Numbered from the whole stretch's first letter, positions 1 to 12,442 are shown. The stretch is 62,423 nt of DNA, filler included, from Basidiobolus ranarum (GCA_040143965.1; 20 parts of 20 records of this genome joined end to end with filler, not necessarily neighbours in it); one strand, 5' to 3'. The notes: generated by a model not told the origin, from the letters alone. Numbers and translations are program-made.

Positions 1-148
1 CCATTAAAATACTGTCAAGAAACTGCCGTCACACCATCAAAATCCCTGGCAGAATGCAAGTCAGCAATATTGTGACGGTTCTATGACGGTTTTGCTATTT
101 TGGAGGGTGGATCCAATCTGGATCAAATCGATTTTATTTTTGTTAGGG
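1..148 (+). mobile_element. Right end of a CACTA/EnSpm (CMC) element
   Basis: Ends ATTTTTGTTAGGG, the reverse complement of CCCTAACAAAAAT. The same terminus occurs at 5025, 38601 and 58934, downstream of transposase sequence. Subterminal CCGTCA/TGACGG motifs are present. Confidence 0.8.
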
Positions 149-282
149 ATTAGATTGCTTTTACCAATTTTCACCATTTTCTCAAATCTTATCCAAAGCA
201 CCTCATGTTTTCACCCATGCTAAAGATGCATGTTTGTTATGATCTAAGCATGTTGAATAGTCCTCTTTCATAGTATGATACT
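149..282 (+). repeat. Fragment of LTR family B interrupted by the CACTA end
   Basis: Aligns by eye with the middle of 49539-49889 (cttttaccaattttcac...tttgttatgatctaagcatg). Confidence 0.7.
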
Positions 283-289
283 AAAAGTT

Positions 290-3037
290 GGGCTAATAAG
301 CTACCTCATAGGCAAAAATCATTCTCAATCTGATGAATTCTGATGATTCTATGCTTAAGCATATAAATTGGATAGACACTATGGCTGCTCAGCTCTCAAT
401 GATCAGAGCACCTCTAAATGAAGACTACCTGGTCATGTCACTACTTTGGAGCCTGCCCAATGAGTTAGAGAGCCTTATGATTGTGCTAGAATCAAGATCA
501 AAGCCATTAAAAATTGAATATGTTGGTGCTAGGCTTTTGAATGAGGAAATGAGGAGATCTAATTCTCAGCAAAATGATGCACAACAGGCTCCTATTGGAG
601 AGGTAAAATGTCTGACAGGATTCAATAATGGTGCCCCTGATAAGATATCAATCATCTGCAAGTATTGCAAGAAACCAGGCCATTTAATCAAAGTTTGCAG
701 AGAAAGGATTATTGCCAAAAAGCTAAAATTGAAACAAGCAAATCAAGTAAGCACTTATAGGGATCATCACCATGTGTCTGTCCTTTCAGTAACCACTGTA
801 GAAGACCCAGAAATATGGTACATTGATTCAGAAGCTTCCCAGCATATGTCAAACAAGAAAGATTGGTTTTCCAGCTTAAATCCATCCAAACAAGGAAAGT
901 CTACTTTGATGATGACTATGCACTAGATGCAGTTGGTAAGGGCACAGTTGGGATGTGTTTAAGCCAAAATTTGGATATACCATCGGCAAAATTGGATGAT
1001 GTACTCTATGTATCAAATATAGCAGAGCATCTACTCCCAGTAAGCCAAGTAACAACTCAAGGACTAAATTTTATATTGTGCAAGGCTGGATGCACTATCA
1101 CAGATAAGAACAATACCAAATTAGCTACTGGGATCAAAACTCAAAACTTATTCAAGCTAGAAAGCAACAAATTGCATTCTGAGCATGCAAACTTGGCCAA
1201 AACTGGTGAAATAAGCTGTGAAATGTGGCATTGAAGATTAGGCCCCATTTAGGATCAAAAACTAACCCAAATGATTCAAAATCTAGTTTTTAAAGCAACA
1301 AACCATTGTACCTTATACTCCACAGCAAAATGGCCTTGCAGAATGTGCTACTAAGACTATAGTGGAGATTGCAGGATCAATGTTACATGATAAGAAGTTA
1401 AATTAATAATATTGGGCTGAATTTGTTCCCACTGCATTCAATAAAAAACAGATGCCCAACAAGATTACTGCAGAAATCTACTCCATTTGAAGCCCTATAC
1501 AGATCAAAACCAAGTGTGAATCATCTCAGGATCTTTGCTTGTAGAGCACATTGCCTATTTCCAGCTCAAAAATTCTCTAAATTGGAACCCAAAGGCAGAA
1601 AATGCATATTTCTTGGCTACTGTGTTGGATCTAAGGCCTATAGACTGTTTGATACCAAAAATCAGAAGTTAATTAAGTGCAGATATTTGATTTTTGATGA
1701 AAAAGCAAATTTTTCAACTCAAAGTACCTTCATCAATACAGTTAACACAATCAGTGCCATTCAGGAAGTGTCTGAAAAGTTCCAGCTGTATCTGAGCTCT
1801 ATTCAACTGAAACTCCAGTCCGCTTTACATCAGAGGATGCTTCAGGACTAAGAACATCATCTAGAAGGAGAAATAAGCCAGGAAACTGGTGGAACACTTT
1901 CAAAGATTATGTACATGCTTATGCAGCATTCTGTGACAAGCCACAGACTCCATATCAAGCTCTGCAGTGTCCAGAATCATAATTATGGGATAAAGGAATG
2001 TCTGATGTGTTTTCTTCACTTCAGGACAATAGAAAATGGGTTTTAAGTCCTCTACCACTAGGGAGAAAGCAAGCAGGTTGCAAATGGATCCACAGAGTCA
2101 AAATGCAGTCAGATGGAACCATGAAAGGTACAAAGTAAGAGTAGTTTCAACTGGTACTTCCCAGACACCAGGAGTTGATTTTGATGAAACTTTTGCTCCA
2201 GTAGCTAGGTTTAGCCCCATTAGATCAATCCTGGCACTCTCAGCCATCCATAACCTTGATTTACATCACATGGATGTAAAAACAGCCATTCCAAATGGAA
2301 GTTTACAAGAGGAAAACTATATGGAGCAAGCAGATGGATTTGTTGACCCAAAAATCCTGATGTGGTCTGCAATCAGCAAAAATTGCTGTGTGGACTCAAG
2401 CAAGCACCCATGGCTTGGTACAACAAGACAGATACCCATTTGGAATCACTGGAATTCCAAAAATTTACAGCAGGTCACAATATTTACTTGAAAACAACTA
2501 GAATTAGGATCCTTATCTTGGCTCAATATGTGAATGACTGAACAATAGCCATAAATGATCTACAAGTGCTAAACAAACCAAAGGTGGCTTATCAAACCAA
2601 TTTCAGAAGACTGATATGGGTGAATTATGTTATTTTCTTGAAATCCAAATCAAGAGAGATAAACCAACTCAGAAAATGATGCTGAATCAGTCTAGATACA
2701 TCCTAGACATCCTAAAATGCTTCAACTTGGAGAATAGCAAGGTTATATTGACACCAATGGATCCCAATGTGAAATTAATCAAAATCTTCTAATTAGGCCC
2801 AAAGTGACTCAAATCAAAGCCAGGAGTTCCCTTATCAATATATGGTGAGTAGTTCAATATATACAATGGTTGTAACACATCCAGACATTGCTGTTGCCAT
2901 GGGAACTGTCAACCAATATCTCAAAGATCCACAATCTGAGCACAAAACTGAGAGTGAAACACATACAGATAGTTGAGAGGACCTGTAGATCTAGTTCTGG
3001 AATTCTCTGCCACTCTGGATGCACAGAATTTTCAAGG
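290..3037 (+). mobile_element. Degenerate Ty1/copia gag-pol (zinc knuckle, protease, deleted integrase, RT)
   Basis: CKYCKKPGHLIKVC knuckle, WYIDSEASQHM protease motif, WH*RLG, KCIFLGY...SKAYRLFD, GVDFDETFAPVA and HHMDVKTA. Integrase precedes RT. Many stops and frameshifts. Confidence 0.93.
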
Positions 3038-3137
3038 NNNNNNNNNNNNNNNNNNNNNNNNNNNNNNNNNNNNNNNNNNNNTTAATTAATTAANNNNNNN
3101 NNNNNNNNNNNNNNNNNNNNNNNNNNNNNNNNNNNNN
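3038..3137. other. Artificial 100-bp contig-joining spacer (first of 19)
   Basis: 44 N + TTAATTAATTAA (stops in all six frames) + 44 N. Spacers start at 3038, 6174, 9309, 12443, 15577, 18710, 21842, 24973, 28103, 31232, 34360, 37484, 40606, 43727, 46847, 49966, 53083, 56200 and 59316. Contig lengths are non-increasing from 3037 to 3016. Confidence 0.98.
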
Positions 3138-5025
3138 TAGCAACTGTGCAAAGATTTTGTAATTAGATATGAAAAACTTTATTACTGGTTTAAAGAAGAT
3201 AGACTGAATCTATGCCAGTATTCAATACATTCCCTGCTGCATCTTTCATAATGCTTAGAGATTTTAGGACCTTGCTATACATTGTGGGAGTTCCCAATGG
3301 AGTGCACCTGCAGTGGAATGATAGTCTACGTGAAATTATCTGTATTGCCATATGCTAATCTAATTAACAATGTATCAGCAAAATTGGTGATGGATGTAAT
3401 GTGATGGGTTAAGTAGACTACAGAGCATATTAACCTTCTAACCAAGGGCTCTTTTCAATGTGCTCATGGGTTTTTGCATTGTTTGAGCACAATACCAGCA
3501 ACAAAAACCAATCAATGGACTCAGAGTAAGCACCTCTAAAATTTGGACTAATTTGTTTCTATGCTAATATGACATTATTTCTAGGAAAGCTGCCAGGCAG
3601 ACTTCTTGGGGAGATAGATTGAGATACACAGTATTACTGTTTTAGCCATGGGGTAAACTATTCAAGCAATAATACATCTACTGGTGGCAGGGCATTAGTT
3701 GACTGCAATTTAGAGATATATTGGCTGAATTCAGTATGGAAATTTGCCAAAATTCAGGATCTTATTCTCATTGTGAATGGTAACAAGGGTCAGCTATTTG
3801 CCAAGTGTCAGTGCTACTCAAAATTTCAGATGTTTAGCAATCCTTCCATCATTAGTTTGCTGGTAAAGCATATTGATGTTGCTTAGTGTTGTGCACAAAC
3901 ATACAAAGTTGTTTAACTTATGCCAGATCTATACAACTGGCTTGTATATCAGTTTGGTTCATCATCAACACTATCTAGTCACCTGACCTTATCCAGTGAC
4001 TTTAATAAGTGACCAGTCACCTGACTAACTATCTATTTGCTTATCCCTTCTATCAGATCATATAACCAATCACATGATCATTATCCAATCAGTATTAAGC
4101 TCTGAGTCATCTGCCTGAACACAAGTCAATATGAGCTACAAGATTCATAACCAATGATCCTTCACTGCCAAGACTTCAGCTGATGCATGACTCACTTATC
4201 TATCTATGTATCTATCCAATCACATTATCTTTTATCAGAATTAGTCATCTAATAGCTTAGTGCTGACTAATTCACTTTGCTATCAAAAAATATAGTTAAA
4301 GCTAACTGAACCTTTTGGCTTATTGTGTGTCTCAATGAATATAGGATCTCAACACTTTGCAATCTTTCTCAACAAAATCAATATTCCCCTCTCATTTCTA
4401 TCCTAGCCTAATATACATTAGCACCTACAAAACACCAAGTCTAGCTACCTAGCAAACCTACTCTCCACCGTAACATAGCAACCCACTGCTATTTCCAGGA
4501 CATATATTAGTTAGATCTGCTCTGCTGATGTACCCTGCTTAAACAGTTCCAAGATTCTGCACTTAACTGTTTCATTGGTTCAGTAAAGCTCAAGACTTCT
4601 TATTCTTTTTCTCTTCAATGCAACACTGAGGTATGTCTGATTAGTCAAGTATGTGCATATGTAAAGACTAAACACAATGAGATTCTTGTATATTAGACTC
4701 TCATTATGGCTGGAATACAAAACTAAAAATATGTAAATAAAGGCATGCATATTCATTTGAATTCCAACAGTAGTAAACCCAGTAATTTGCCATTCAAAAA
4801 TTAGATTTTTGTGTCAATTACCAGTAATTTAATAACCCATGCCAAATATGAGGATTAATCTTTCACATATATGAATACCATCAAAATACCATCAAGAATC
4901 CACTGTGACATCATCAAAATCCCTGGTAGTATGCAAGCCACCAATATTGTGAAGGCTCTCTGATGGTATTGCAAACCAGAAGGGTGGATCCAATCCAAGT
5001 CAAATAAGTTATATTTTTGTCAGGG
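3138..5025 (+). mobile_element. 3' part of CACTA element (transposase C-terminus to right TIR), interrupted by a solo LTR
   Basis: Homologous to 20040-20900 (GPCYTLWEFPMECTC). Ends TTTTTGTCAGGG at 5025. Confidence 0.85.
3887..4625. mobile_element. Solo LTR (family G, ~739 bp)
   Basis: TGTTG...CAACA ends with imperfect 5-bp TSD CTTAG/CTGAG. The flanks rejoin into uninterrupted CACTA sequence as seen near 20770 and 48135. Confidence 0.8.
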
Positions 5026-5109
5026 CATTAAGATATTCTTGGATGAATCAATATCAGCATATGAAAACATATTTGGAGGCAGGTGATGCATGCCAGAGGC
5101 AATCTACCA
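5026..5109 (+). pseudogene. Short remnant of a gypsy integrase zinc-binding region between two CACTA ends
   Basis: Translates RYSWMNQYQHMKTYLEAGDACQR, resembling YWWPxMxxDVxxYVxxCxxCQR. Confidence 0.45.
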
Positions 5110-6173
5110 CCCTAACAGAAATTTGAGCATGGTTATTGTAGGAAAGCCATCACAATTTTAATCCATTTTAGATTGACCATTTACTTGCCATCCTAAAATT
5201 TTAAGTCATATTTGATTTATCATTTTTTTCAGTGTCAGGAGTGGAATCTCAAGATTGCACAAAACAGATGCACATGATTGGCTGCAATATCAGAGAACTA
5301 TGGGTCAACATATGTGCAAAAAACACAACTAAAGTTTTACACATTTACCGCTGGAATGCTAATTTGTCACCTTCAAAATCCCAGTTTTTTGATTTATTGC
5401 CCTGAACATCTATACAGTGTTCTTCATACCTAAGGTTTAGCTCATATCCAATACAAATTTGTATCAACATCTCCATCATAACCCACCATTGTATTGACAT
5501 TGCTGAATCACATTCTTCCAGCTATCTGGCAGATACCCTGCAATATTGTGCCACCCTGTATGTAGTTTTTCCAATACATTGGCACAGTCAACACTAGACT
5601 GTATATCAAGTCAAATGTTCTTCTTCTGAGGCCACTTTTGGCATAGTTGCACTGTGTTTCACCTTTATACTTCTAAAAATACTCTTTGAGCATCTTAACT
5701 ATTTTTATATGTCCTTGTAGTGCGACACTACAGAGGGTTCTTTGTAGTGTTTGTGTGGCTTTCTGCCTACCTTTATGTTTGGGGCAAGTTTGAACACTTT
5801 GAAAAGTTCCAGTTGAGGTTTGAGAGCTGTGAGTTTTATTTGCTGGTGTTTTGGCTTTATGAGAGGTGCCTGGTGTTGTACAAACTTCCAAATTTAGCAA
5901 GCTTCAAACTGGTGCACTTGGTGTCATGGTAAAATTAAGCCATTTTGCCAGTATATCAGCTAGTATATCTGACTCTGGAAATACAGATTCTTGTGACAGT
6001 GTGAGCAATCAGGTAAGTGGCACAGTAGAGCCTAAGCCCACTGGCTCTTTTGCTTTTCCTTTGTGTTTACTAACCTCCTTCTCCATCAGTACTTCTTTAG
6101 CTGCTTTTCTTTCTTTTCAAAGTCAATAATTGCATGAATTTTTGAGATTTTTCTTGAATAGGCCTCTACTAGC
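5110..6173 (+). mobile_element. Left end of CACTA element with degenerate minus-strand accessory ORF (ORF2)
   Basis: Starts CCCTAACAGAAAT. Homologous to 23173 onward, and to 21942-22534 and 59416-59971 in reverse. Confidence 0.8.
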
Positions 6174-6273
6174 NNNNNNNNNNNNNNNNNNNNNNNNNNN
6201 NNNNNNNNNNNNNNNNNTTAATTAATTAANNNNNNNNNNNNNNNNNNNNNNNNNNNNNNNNNNNNNNNNNNNN

Positions 6274-6488
6274 GGAATATCTCTATATCTATATAACAAG
6301 TATGTCTTATTACCCCCACTTATCTATTATATCTTATTACACAAACTCCTGAATATCTCAAACAATTGATTTACTTTTCTACTAAATAAGTCACCATATA
6401 CTCTTAAGAATAAAGTAACCAAAACACACTATCAGAAGTTGCTTCTAATACTCAAAGTCTACCCCAATTATGTCAAGATCCTCCAACA
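6274..6488 (+). repeat. 3' part of copia LTR family C
   Basis: Near-identical to 40943-41159; ends CTCCAACA. Confidence 0.85.
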
Positions 6489-6489
6489 C

Positions 6490-6940
6490 AATCTAACAAT
6501 CCACTATCCACTGATGAAGGCATTGGCAAGCCAAGAACTAACTCAAGTTACAGTGAGGTAATACTCAATTTACTTGATGTATTTCCTTCAAGCAATAGTG
6601 CAAGTGAAAAGATTAACATCCCCCAATTATGTAATAAAGCAACAGTTGAGCAAAGTTCAATAGAAGCACCATCAAGATCATAAACTTCCACCATACATAC
6701 TTCAGCAACTATTGAACATCTTGCTATAGACAAGATTGATAGAATTATTACTACCAGGGAATCTCACATAGAACACAGTAATGATTTGAATGAGATCAGA
6801 AGTAAAAACTACAATGTTGCTCTACAGGCCATGACAGGCAATAATGCAGCATTCTGAAGCAACTAGCCATCAGTTAGAGAGTTGCTTAACAATGATACAA
6901 GACCTTAGAATGCTGTGCTTGATCTACAGCAACATGAGTA
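6490..6940 (+). pseudogene. Diverged homologue of CACTA ORF2
   Basis: TIEHLAIDKIDRIITTRESHIEHSNDL..NYNVALQAM aligns with ORF 24461-24844 (TIEHTLVENLDIIITTKKSQAEHHSNL..NYKVAIQAM). Confidence 0.65.
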
Positions 6941-7139
6941 ATTCTTGGTGATAAGTCTGGCATATGTAATGTATGCAAATGTGGTTTATCTCCAAAAAAG
7001 TTTGTTATAGTGCAGAGTTTGGCTAACTTCTGACATAACTCCTATCCCTCAGATGTAGAGCTGTAGTAACAGATTATGCCTAAGAATTATGAGTTAAATT
7101 TTGCGCCTTTGTTGTAGATCATGCTATTTTGGTTATAGT

Positions 7140-7487
7140 TGTTGAAATTAGCATTGCCTAAACACCTATATAGTCATATATAGCTTAGTACTTAGCTATA
7201 TTACAACTTACTAAGATTTTATCAATTATTCTCAATCAGAATTTACTTGGAATATTTTTACCAACTTAGAAGTTCTCAGATATGTAGATTTTTCAAACTT
7301 ATGCTAGAAGCCCTAAACTTTGCACACATGTTCTTGGGATCTTACTTAACATATTCTACATGTTGGTTTGTTTACATCTTGACAAAACTATCAATGTCAA
7401 CTCTCTACTCAATAAATCAACAAGTGAAAACCACTGATTCCTCTAATTCTCCAAACCACTTCCAACAGGCTCCCAAATACATTAACA
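7140..7487 (+). mobile_element. Solo LTR, copia family A (348 bp)
   Basis: TGTTG...TAACA with a perfect 5-bp TSD ATAGT at 7135-7139 and 7488-7492. Confidence 0.93.
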
Positions 7488-7603
7488 ATAGTCCTGTTAG
7501 TTCTTTCAGCAACTCTGCTTTGCTCAGGTGAGTGGGTGGGCTGTAGTTACCTGCTTAATTCCATGAACTTTGCAAAAGTGATTAAACAGTGTTGAGGTAT
7601 ATT

Positions 7604-7784
7604 GGACTTGTTCCATTGTGCCAGGATTTATTGGACCTCAGATCAAAATATTAGAGTAAATGTGATTGACTTTGATCATGCCAGAGGGTAATGGATAGTG
7701 CCAAATTGTATGCATATATTTTAAATTACTTTATCCAATGTGATATATACAGCACAATTGGGCACTATCACAGAGAACAAGTCC
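7604..7784 (+). mobile_element. MITE (181 bp), PHIS/Harbinger-like
   Basis: TIR GGACTTGTTC...GAACAAGTCC with 3-bp TSD ATT/ATT. Second full copy at 53428-53610. Confidence 0.85.
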
Positions 7785-7799
7785 ATTCTCTACCATTGT

Positions 7800-8760
7800 C
7801 ACTATATATTTATTTGATTTTGGTCACAGCATCAGTCTACACAAATGTTTAAAATCATTACAAACAGAGAGTGCTTCTATTTTCTTTCCAAGAAGTAAAC
7901 CCAAGTTACTTATGTATATTTATGAATCAATGTGATCAAATATTCTTCCTGTCTAAAGATAAATTGTGCAGAGGTCCACACAAGTCTGAATGAGTTAGAT
8001 CCAATTTTTGATGGATTTAATAGAGCCAGTGCTCTTGAATGAATGCCTGGTCTGTTTCCCATATATACAACCATAGCAAATTTCCATTTTGGATGGGTAA
8101 TCAATTTGAATTCTAGAAATTAGGCAATTTTTTACATTTTGCCAAAATAATATATTCAAATATAGCCAAATCTTTTATGGCACCATTGAATAGTTTCTTA
8201 ATTGGAATAACTTATATTTACATATAAACCTCTGGGATTGCATATCAGTTTCTAGAAGTTCTAATCTTTTTCTTCCCAAGCTAAATAATTCTCATCATGA
8301 TCAATGATGCTGCAACTGGACTTATGAAAATTGCTTTTTAGTTCTCCTGAGATTGCTTTGCCTACAGATAATAAATTTTTGGTAATATTCAGAACATATA
8401 GTAAGTCCTTAAAGGTAAGCACTCTCTCTTTAGAAGTACCCATGAAATTAGCTTGTATTGCACCTATTCAAATGGCCTCCAATGTACAGTCATCTTCTAT
8501 GAAAACCTTGCTAATTGAATTTCTTGATAATCCCCAAACCAATGTTTTTCATTACTAAAATGCTGGGAATTTCCAGAGTCAATGTATTGCTGGCTTCATC
8601 TTTGAGTTAAAAATTTGTCTTCTTAGAGCCATCTTGTTAGCAGTGGAACATATCTGGTAGGTGTCTTCCAAGGCTTTCCAGTCCTTCATGGCAGTTATGG
8701 TTCTTGAACAATGAATTAGCAATTTGTCTTTAATATTAAGGTACTTTGTGTTTTTTAGGG
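7800..8760 (-). mobile_element. Highly degenerate copia gag/protease/integrase fragment
   Basis: Minus-strand YIDSGNSQH, DLLYVLNITKNLLSVGK and LVWTSAQ (resembles the integrase LVHTD motif). Confidence 0.7.
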
Positions 8761-8981
8761 TTTTAGCTAATGAAATACAACTTTAATCATATTCAAATAC
8801 AGTAACAGTACTTTTCTGTATATATCTTGAGTCTGTAAATAACTTTATTAAACACACACCTATTCCCCTTCCAGCACAAGTTGCAACTTGAATATCTATA
8901 CATGGAGCTCTTCCACATTGAACATTGGAATATTAGTAATATTGTTTTGGGAAGAAGATTATAATTCACTGGCTGCTAACA

Positions 8982-9297
8982 TGTTGCAGGATCTTGATGT
9001 AATGGGGGTAAAGTCTGAATATTAGACCTAACATAGAATATTGTTTTAGTTACATTATTCTTAAAAAAATATGGAGACTTATATAGCAGAGGAGTAAATA
9101 AATTATTTGCAATGTTCATCAGTTTGTGTAATAAGATATAGTAGATAAGTTGAGCTATTAAGATATACTGGTTATAGAGATATTGAGATACTCCTGATTA
9201 TAATATAAGGGCTATAGATATGTTGCTTTCTTGTTTCTGATATATGTATCATAACTAAAGTTAACTAAGATGTTGAATAAAGAGGAACTATCCAACT
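8982..9297 (-). repeat. Copia LTR family C, reverse copy
   Basis: Reverse complement aligns with 40842-41159. Confidence 0.8.
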
Positions 9298-10679
9298 GTT
9301 TTGTTCTGNNNNNNNNNNNNNNNNNNNNNNNNNNNNNNNNNNNNNNNNNNNNTTAATTAATTAANNNNNNNNNNNNNNNNNNNNNNNNNNNNNNNNNNNN
9401 NNNNNNNNTCTAATTATAGGTGGCGTCCTTTAGCCAGAACAGAATTGAGACGGTCGTTCCTACTTGATATACGTACATGCATATGCAATGTGTGATGGAG
9501 GACTTGGAACACGCTATAGTTGTATATTATACATTCATCATTAATGGTGTGGCGGTGTCTGGATGAGAGTGGTATAGTAATAACTTTCCGAGAAAAGTGC
9601 TCAGTGGTGAGTAATGGCTCTGAAATGGTAACAACGAGTATATTCCATACAGTGAATAGGTGACTGGCTACTCATGATTGGTTGCGATGTGTAGTAGCAG
9701 GTACGCTATGTTCTCCTCAGGAAAGGGAATGAACGCCATCCGTAATACAATTCTAATTTTTTGCTACTAATGCGAGATAAGTTTCAGTATTACTCGTAAA
9801 AGAGGAAGTTATGAGGGCTGTCTTTTTCTAAACCGAGCTTGGTTTAGGATCAGAATTGTAGGTACAGGAAGTTAATGTCATATAGTCTAACTCGATGAAC
9901 TACAAAGGCTATGAATTCAATCGTTGACTAAGGAGATGGACATTCTAGTGATAGCTCAGCTGGCTATCTACAATTCTGTCATGGCATTGATATTTACTGA
10001 GATATGCGAGTCCCATTTCAGTTCCGTTGGACCCACCAAGCAGTTGACGCGGAGAGGTTACTCTATAATCTTCAATGCACGAAATTTCCCGAAAATCAGC
10101 ATGTCCGACACTCGGCTGCATACATTATAGATGATAGCAGTCAAAGTAACTCTCAAGAGCATTACTCTGAGTTCTCCTACAAAAATAATTTCAAAGAAGA
10201 TCCCAGCCGGCAATTGAACCCGAAACAGGGATCGTAATGCATGTTCTTCAGTTAGTGTTCCACTCCACTACTGAAATAGACAGTTGCCAGTTCGTAATAA
10301 AATCAGGTGATTTCAGTATTTGTTAAGTGTGCAACATCGTGATGGATTATTGTGAATATGATTCGCTGATCGAATTTTAAACCAGTATAGACCTCGTCTC
10401 ATTTGCTGTATGCGGAAATGAATATCGAACTTGTCTCAAATGTTGTGTAGCTTCTTACTGCAACCAAACGGATTTGTAGTCACGCGATTAATATATATGG
10501 TCACCAGGCGCAACGCTTTTTTATGACAAATTTCTTCTATGGTCGATCTTCTTAGTTGGATAGATGGCGTGCCCTTTTTTAGTAAGAAGCAAGGAAATTA
10601 AACGTGAACTCTAAATCCGAGTCTTTTGAGACATACACAGAGTTGCGAGATGGCGGGTTTCCATTCACGTGAACGCTTT

Positions 10680-10975
10680 GGAATGGGAAGAGGCCCAAAT
10701 TTTCTTACTAAAGTACCAATAATAATCAATAGGTATCCATATACTGCGATGCTAGACACTGGAGCAACAAACTCAATAATCTCACCAAAAGTTGCTGAAG
10801 AACTCAAGCTAGAAGGCATGCCCCAACTAGGAAAAGTTATTCTTACAGCAAAGAACACTTCTATATCAAGAGTTGGAGTCAAAAATCCTCTGATAATGTG
10901 AAGAATCCCAAGTCTCCCATCCCATGGAAGTTATGGACATTCCAGATGGACCATTCATTATGATTGGTTTTGTTA
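10680..10975 (+). pseudogene. Retropepsin-like aspartic protease relic
   Basis: VPIIINRYPYTAMLDTGATNSIISPKVAEELKL, then after a stop/frameshift EVMDIPDGPFIMIG. Confidence 0.7.
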
Positions 10976-10994
10976 TATTCATTTAACTTGGCTT

Positions 10995-12442
10995 TGTTGA
11001 AACTAGCATTACCTAAACACCTATATAGTCATATATAGCTTAGTACTTAGTTATCTTATATATCACTATGATATTACCCATTAATCTCACAAGGAATTTA
11101 CTTAGAATATTGACCCCAACTTAGAAGTTGACAGATATATGGATTTTTCAAACATGAGCTATAAGCCCCAAACTTTGCACACATGTTCCTGCAACTTTCC
11201 TTAACATCTTCTATGTTGAAATTAACATTGCTTAAACACCTTTATAGTCATATATAGCTTAGTACTTAGTTGTCTTATATTTCACTAAGATATTATCCAT
11301 TCTCCTCAATTGGAACTTACTTTAAATACTTTTTACAAACTTAGAAGATCTCAGATATGAAGTTTTTCAAACTTCTGCTAGAAGACCCAGACTTTGCACA
11401 CATGTCTCTGGGATCTTCCTTAACACATGATACATGTTAGTTTGCTTACATCTTGACAAAACTATAAACATCAACTCTCTACTCAATAAATCTGTTAAAT
11501 TATTTGGGAGCCTGTTGGAAGTGGTTTGGAGTATTAGAGGAACTAGTGGTTTTTACTTATTGATTGATTGAGTAGAAAGTTGACATATATAGTTTTGTCA
11601 AGATGTAAACAACTAATATGTAGAATGTGTTAGGAAGGTCCCAGGAACATGTGTGCAAAGTTTAGGGCTTCTAGTACAAGCTTCAAAAATCTATATATCT
11701 GAGAACTTCCAAGTTGGTCAAAATATTCCAAGTAAATTTCTTATGAAAATAATGGGTATATCTTGGTGAATCATAGGATAACTAAGTACTAAGCTATATA
11801 TGACTATATAGGTGCTTAGGCAAAGCTAATTTCAACACTATCCCTCAACAAAGTAGTCATATAAACTAATCCTAATAAAGGTCTAATTTTCTCCAATTTT
11901 GTCTACATAATGGTTGTTAAGTATTTGTGAGCCTGTTGCAAATGGTTTGATGAATTAGAGGAACTGGTGGTTTTCACTTGTTTATTTATTGAGTAGAAAG
12001 TTGACATTTATAGTTTTGTCAAGATCTAAACAAACTAACATGTAGAATGTGTAAAGAAAAGTCCCAGGAACAAGTGCGCAAAGTTTGGGGCTTCTAGCAC
12101 AAGTTTGAAAAATATATATATCTGAGAACTTCCAAGTTGGGAAAACTATTTTAAGAAAATTCCAATTGAGAATATTTGATAATATCTTTGCAAATTATAA
12201 GATAACTAAGTACTATGCTATACTTGACTACACAGGTGTTTAGGCAAAGCTAATCTCAACACTCTCCCTCAGCTAAATAGTCATATAAACTAATCCTAAT
12301 AAAGGTCTAAATTTCTCAAATTTCAGTCTAGCTAATAACATAGTTAATATATCAGCAATCATATCTTCTGTAGAACAATAAGTTAAGTCAATAAACCTAT
12401 TCTCGATAGTCTCTCCAATGAAGTGATGCTTAATATCTATAT
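10995..12442. mobile_element. Nest of four family-A LTRs plus copia RNase H 3' ends
   Basis: Partial forward LTRs at 10995-11213 and 11214-11492. Full reverse LTRs at 11493-11837 and 11915-12261, each followed by a reverse PPT (ctatccctc, ctctccctc) and the pol end. Confidence 0.88.

Noticed and set aside
3082..3093. TTAATTAATTAA recurring every ~3.1 kb as a biological periodic repeat or CRISPR-like array
   Set aside because: It is always centred in 44+44 N and is an assembly linker with stops in six frames.
7247..7531. Short ORFs within LTRs (also 13691-13989, 31778-32062, 57750-58128, 62170-62385)
   Set aside because: They are chance frames in non-coding LTR sequence, with stops in other copies.
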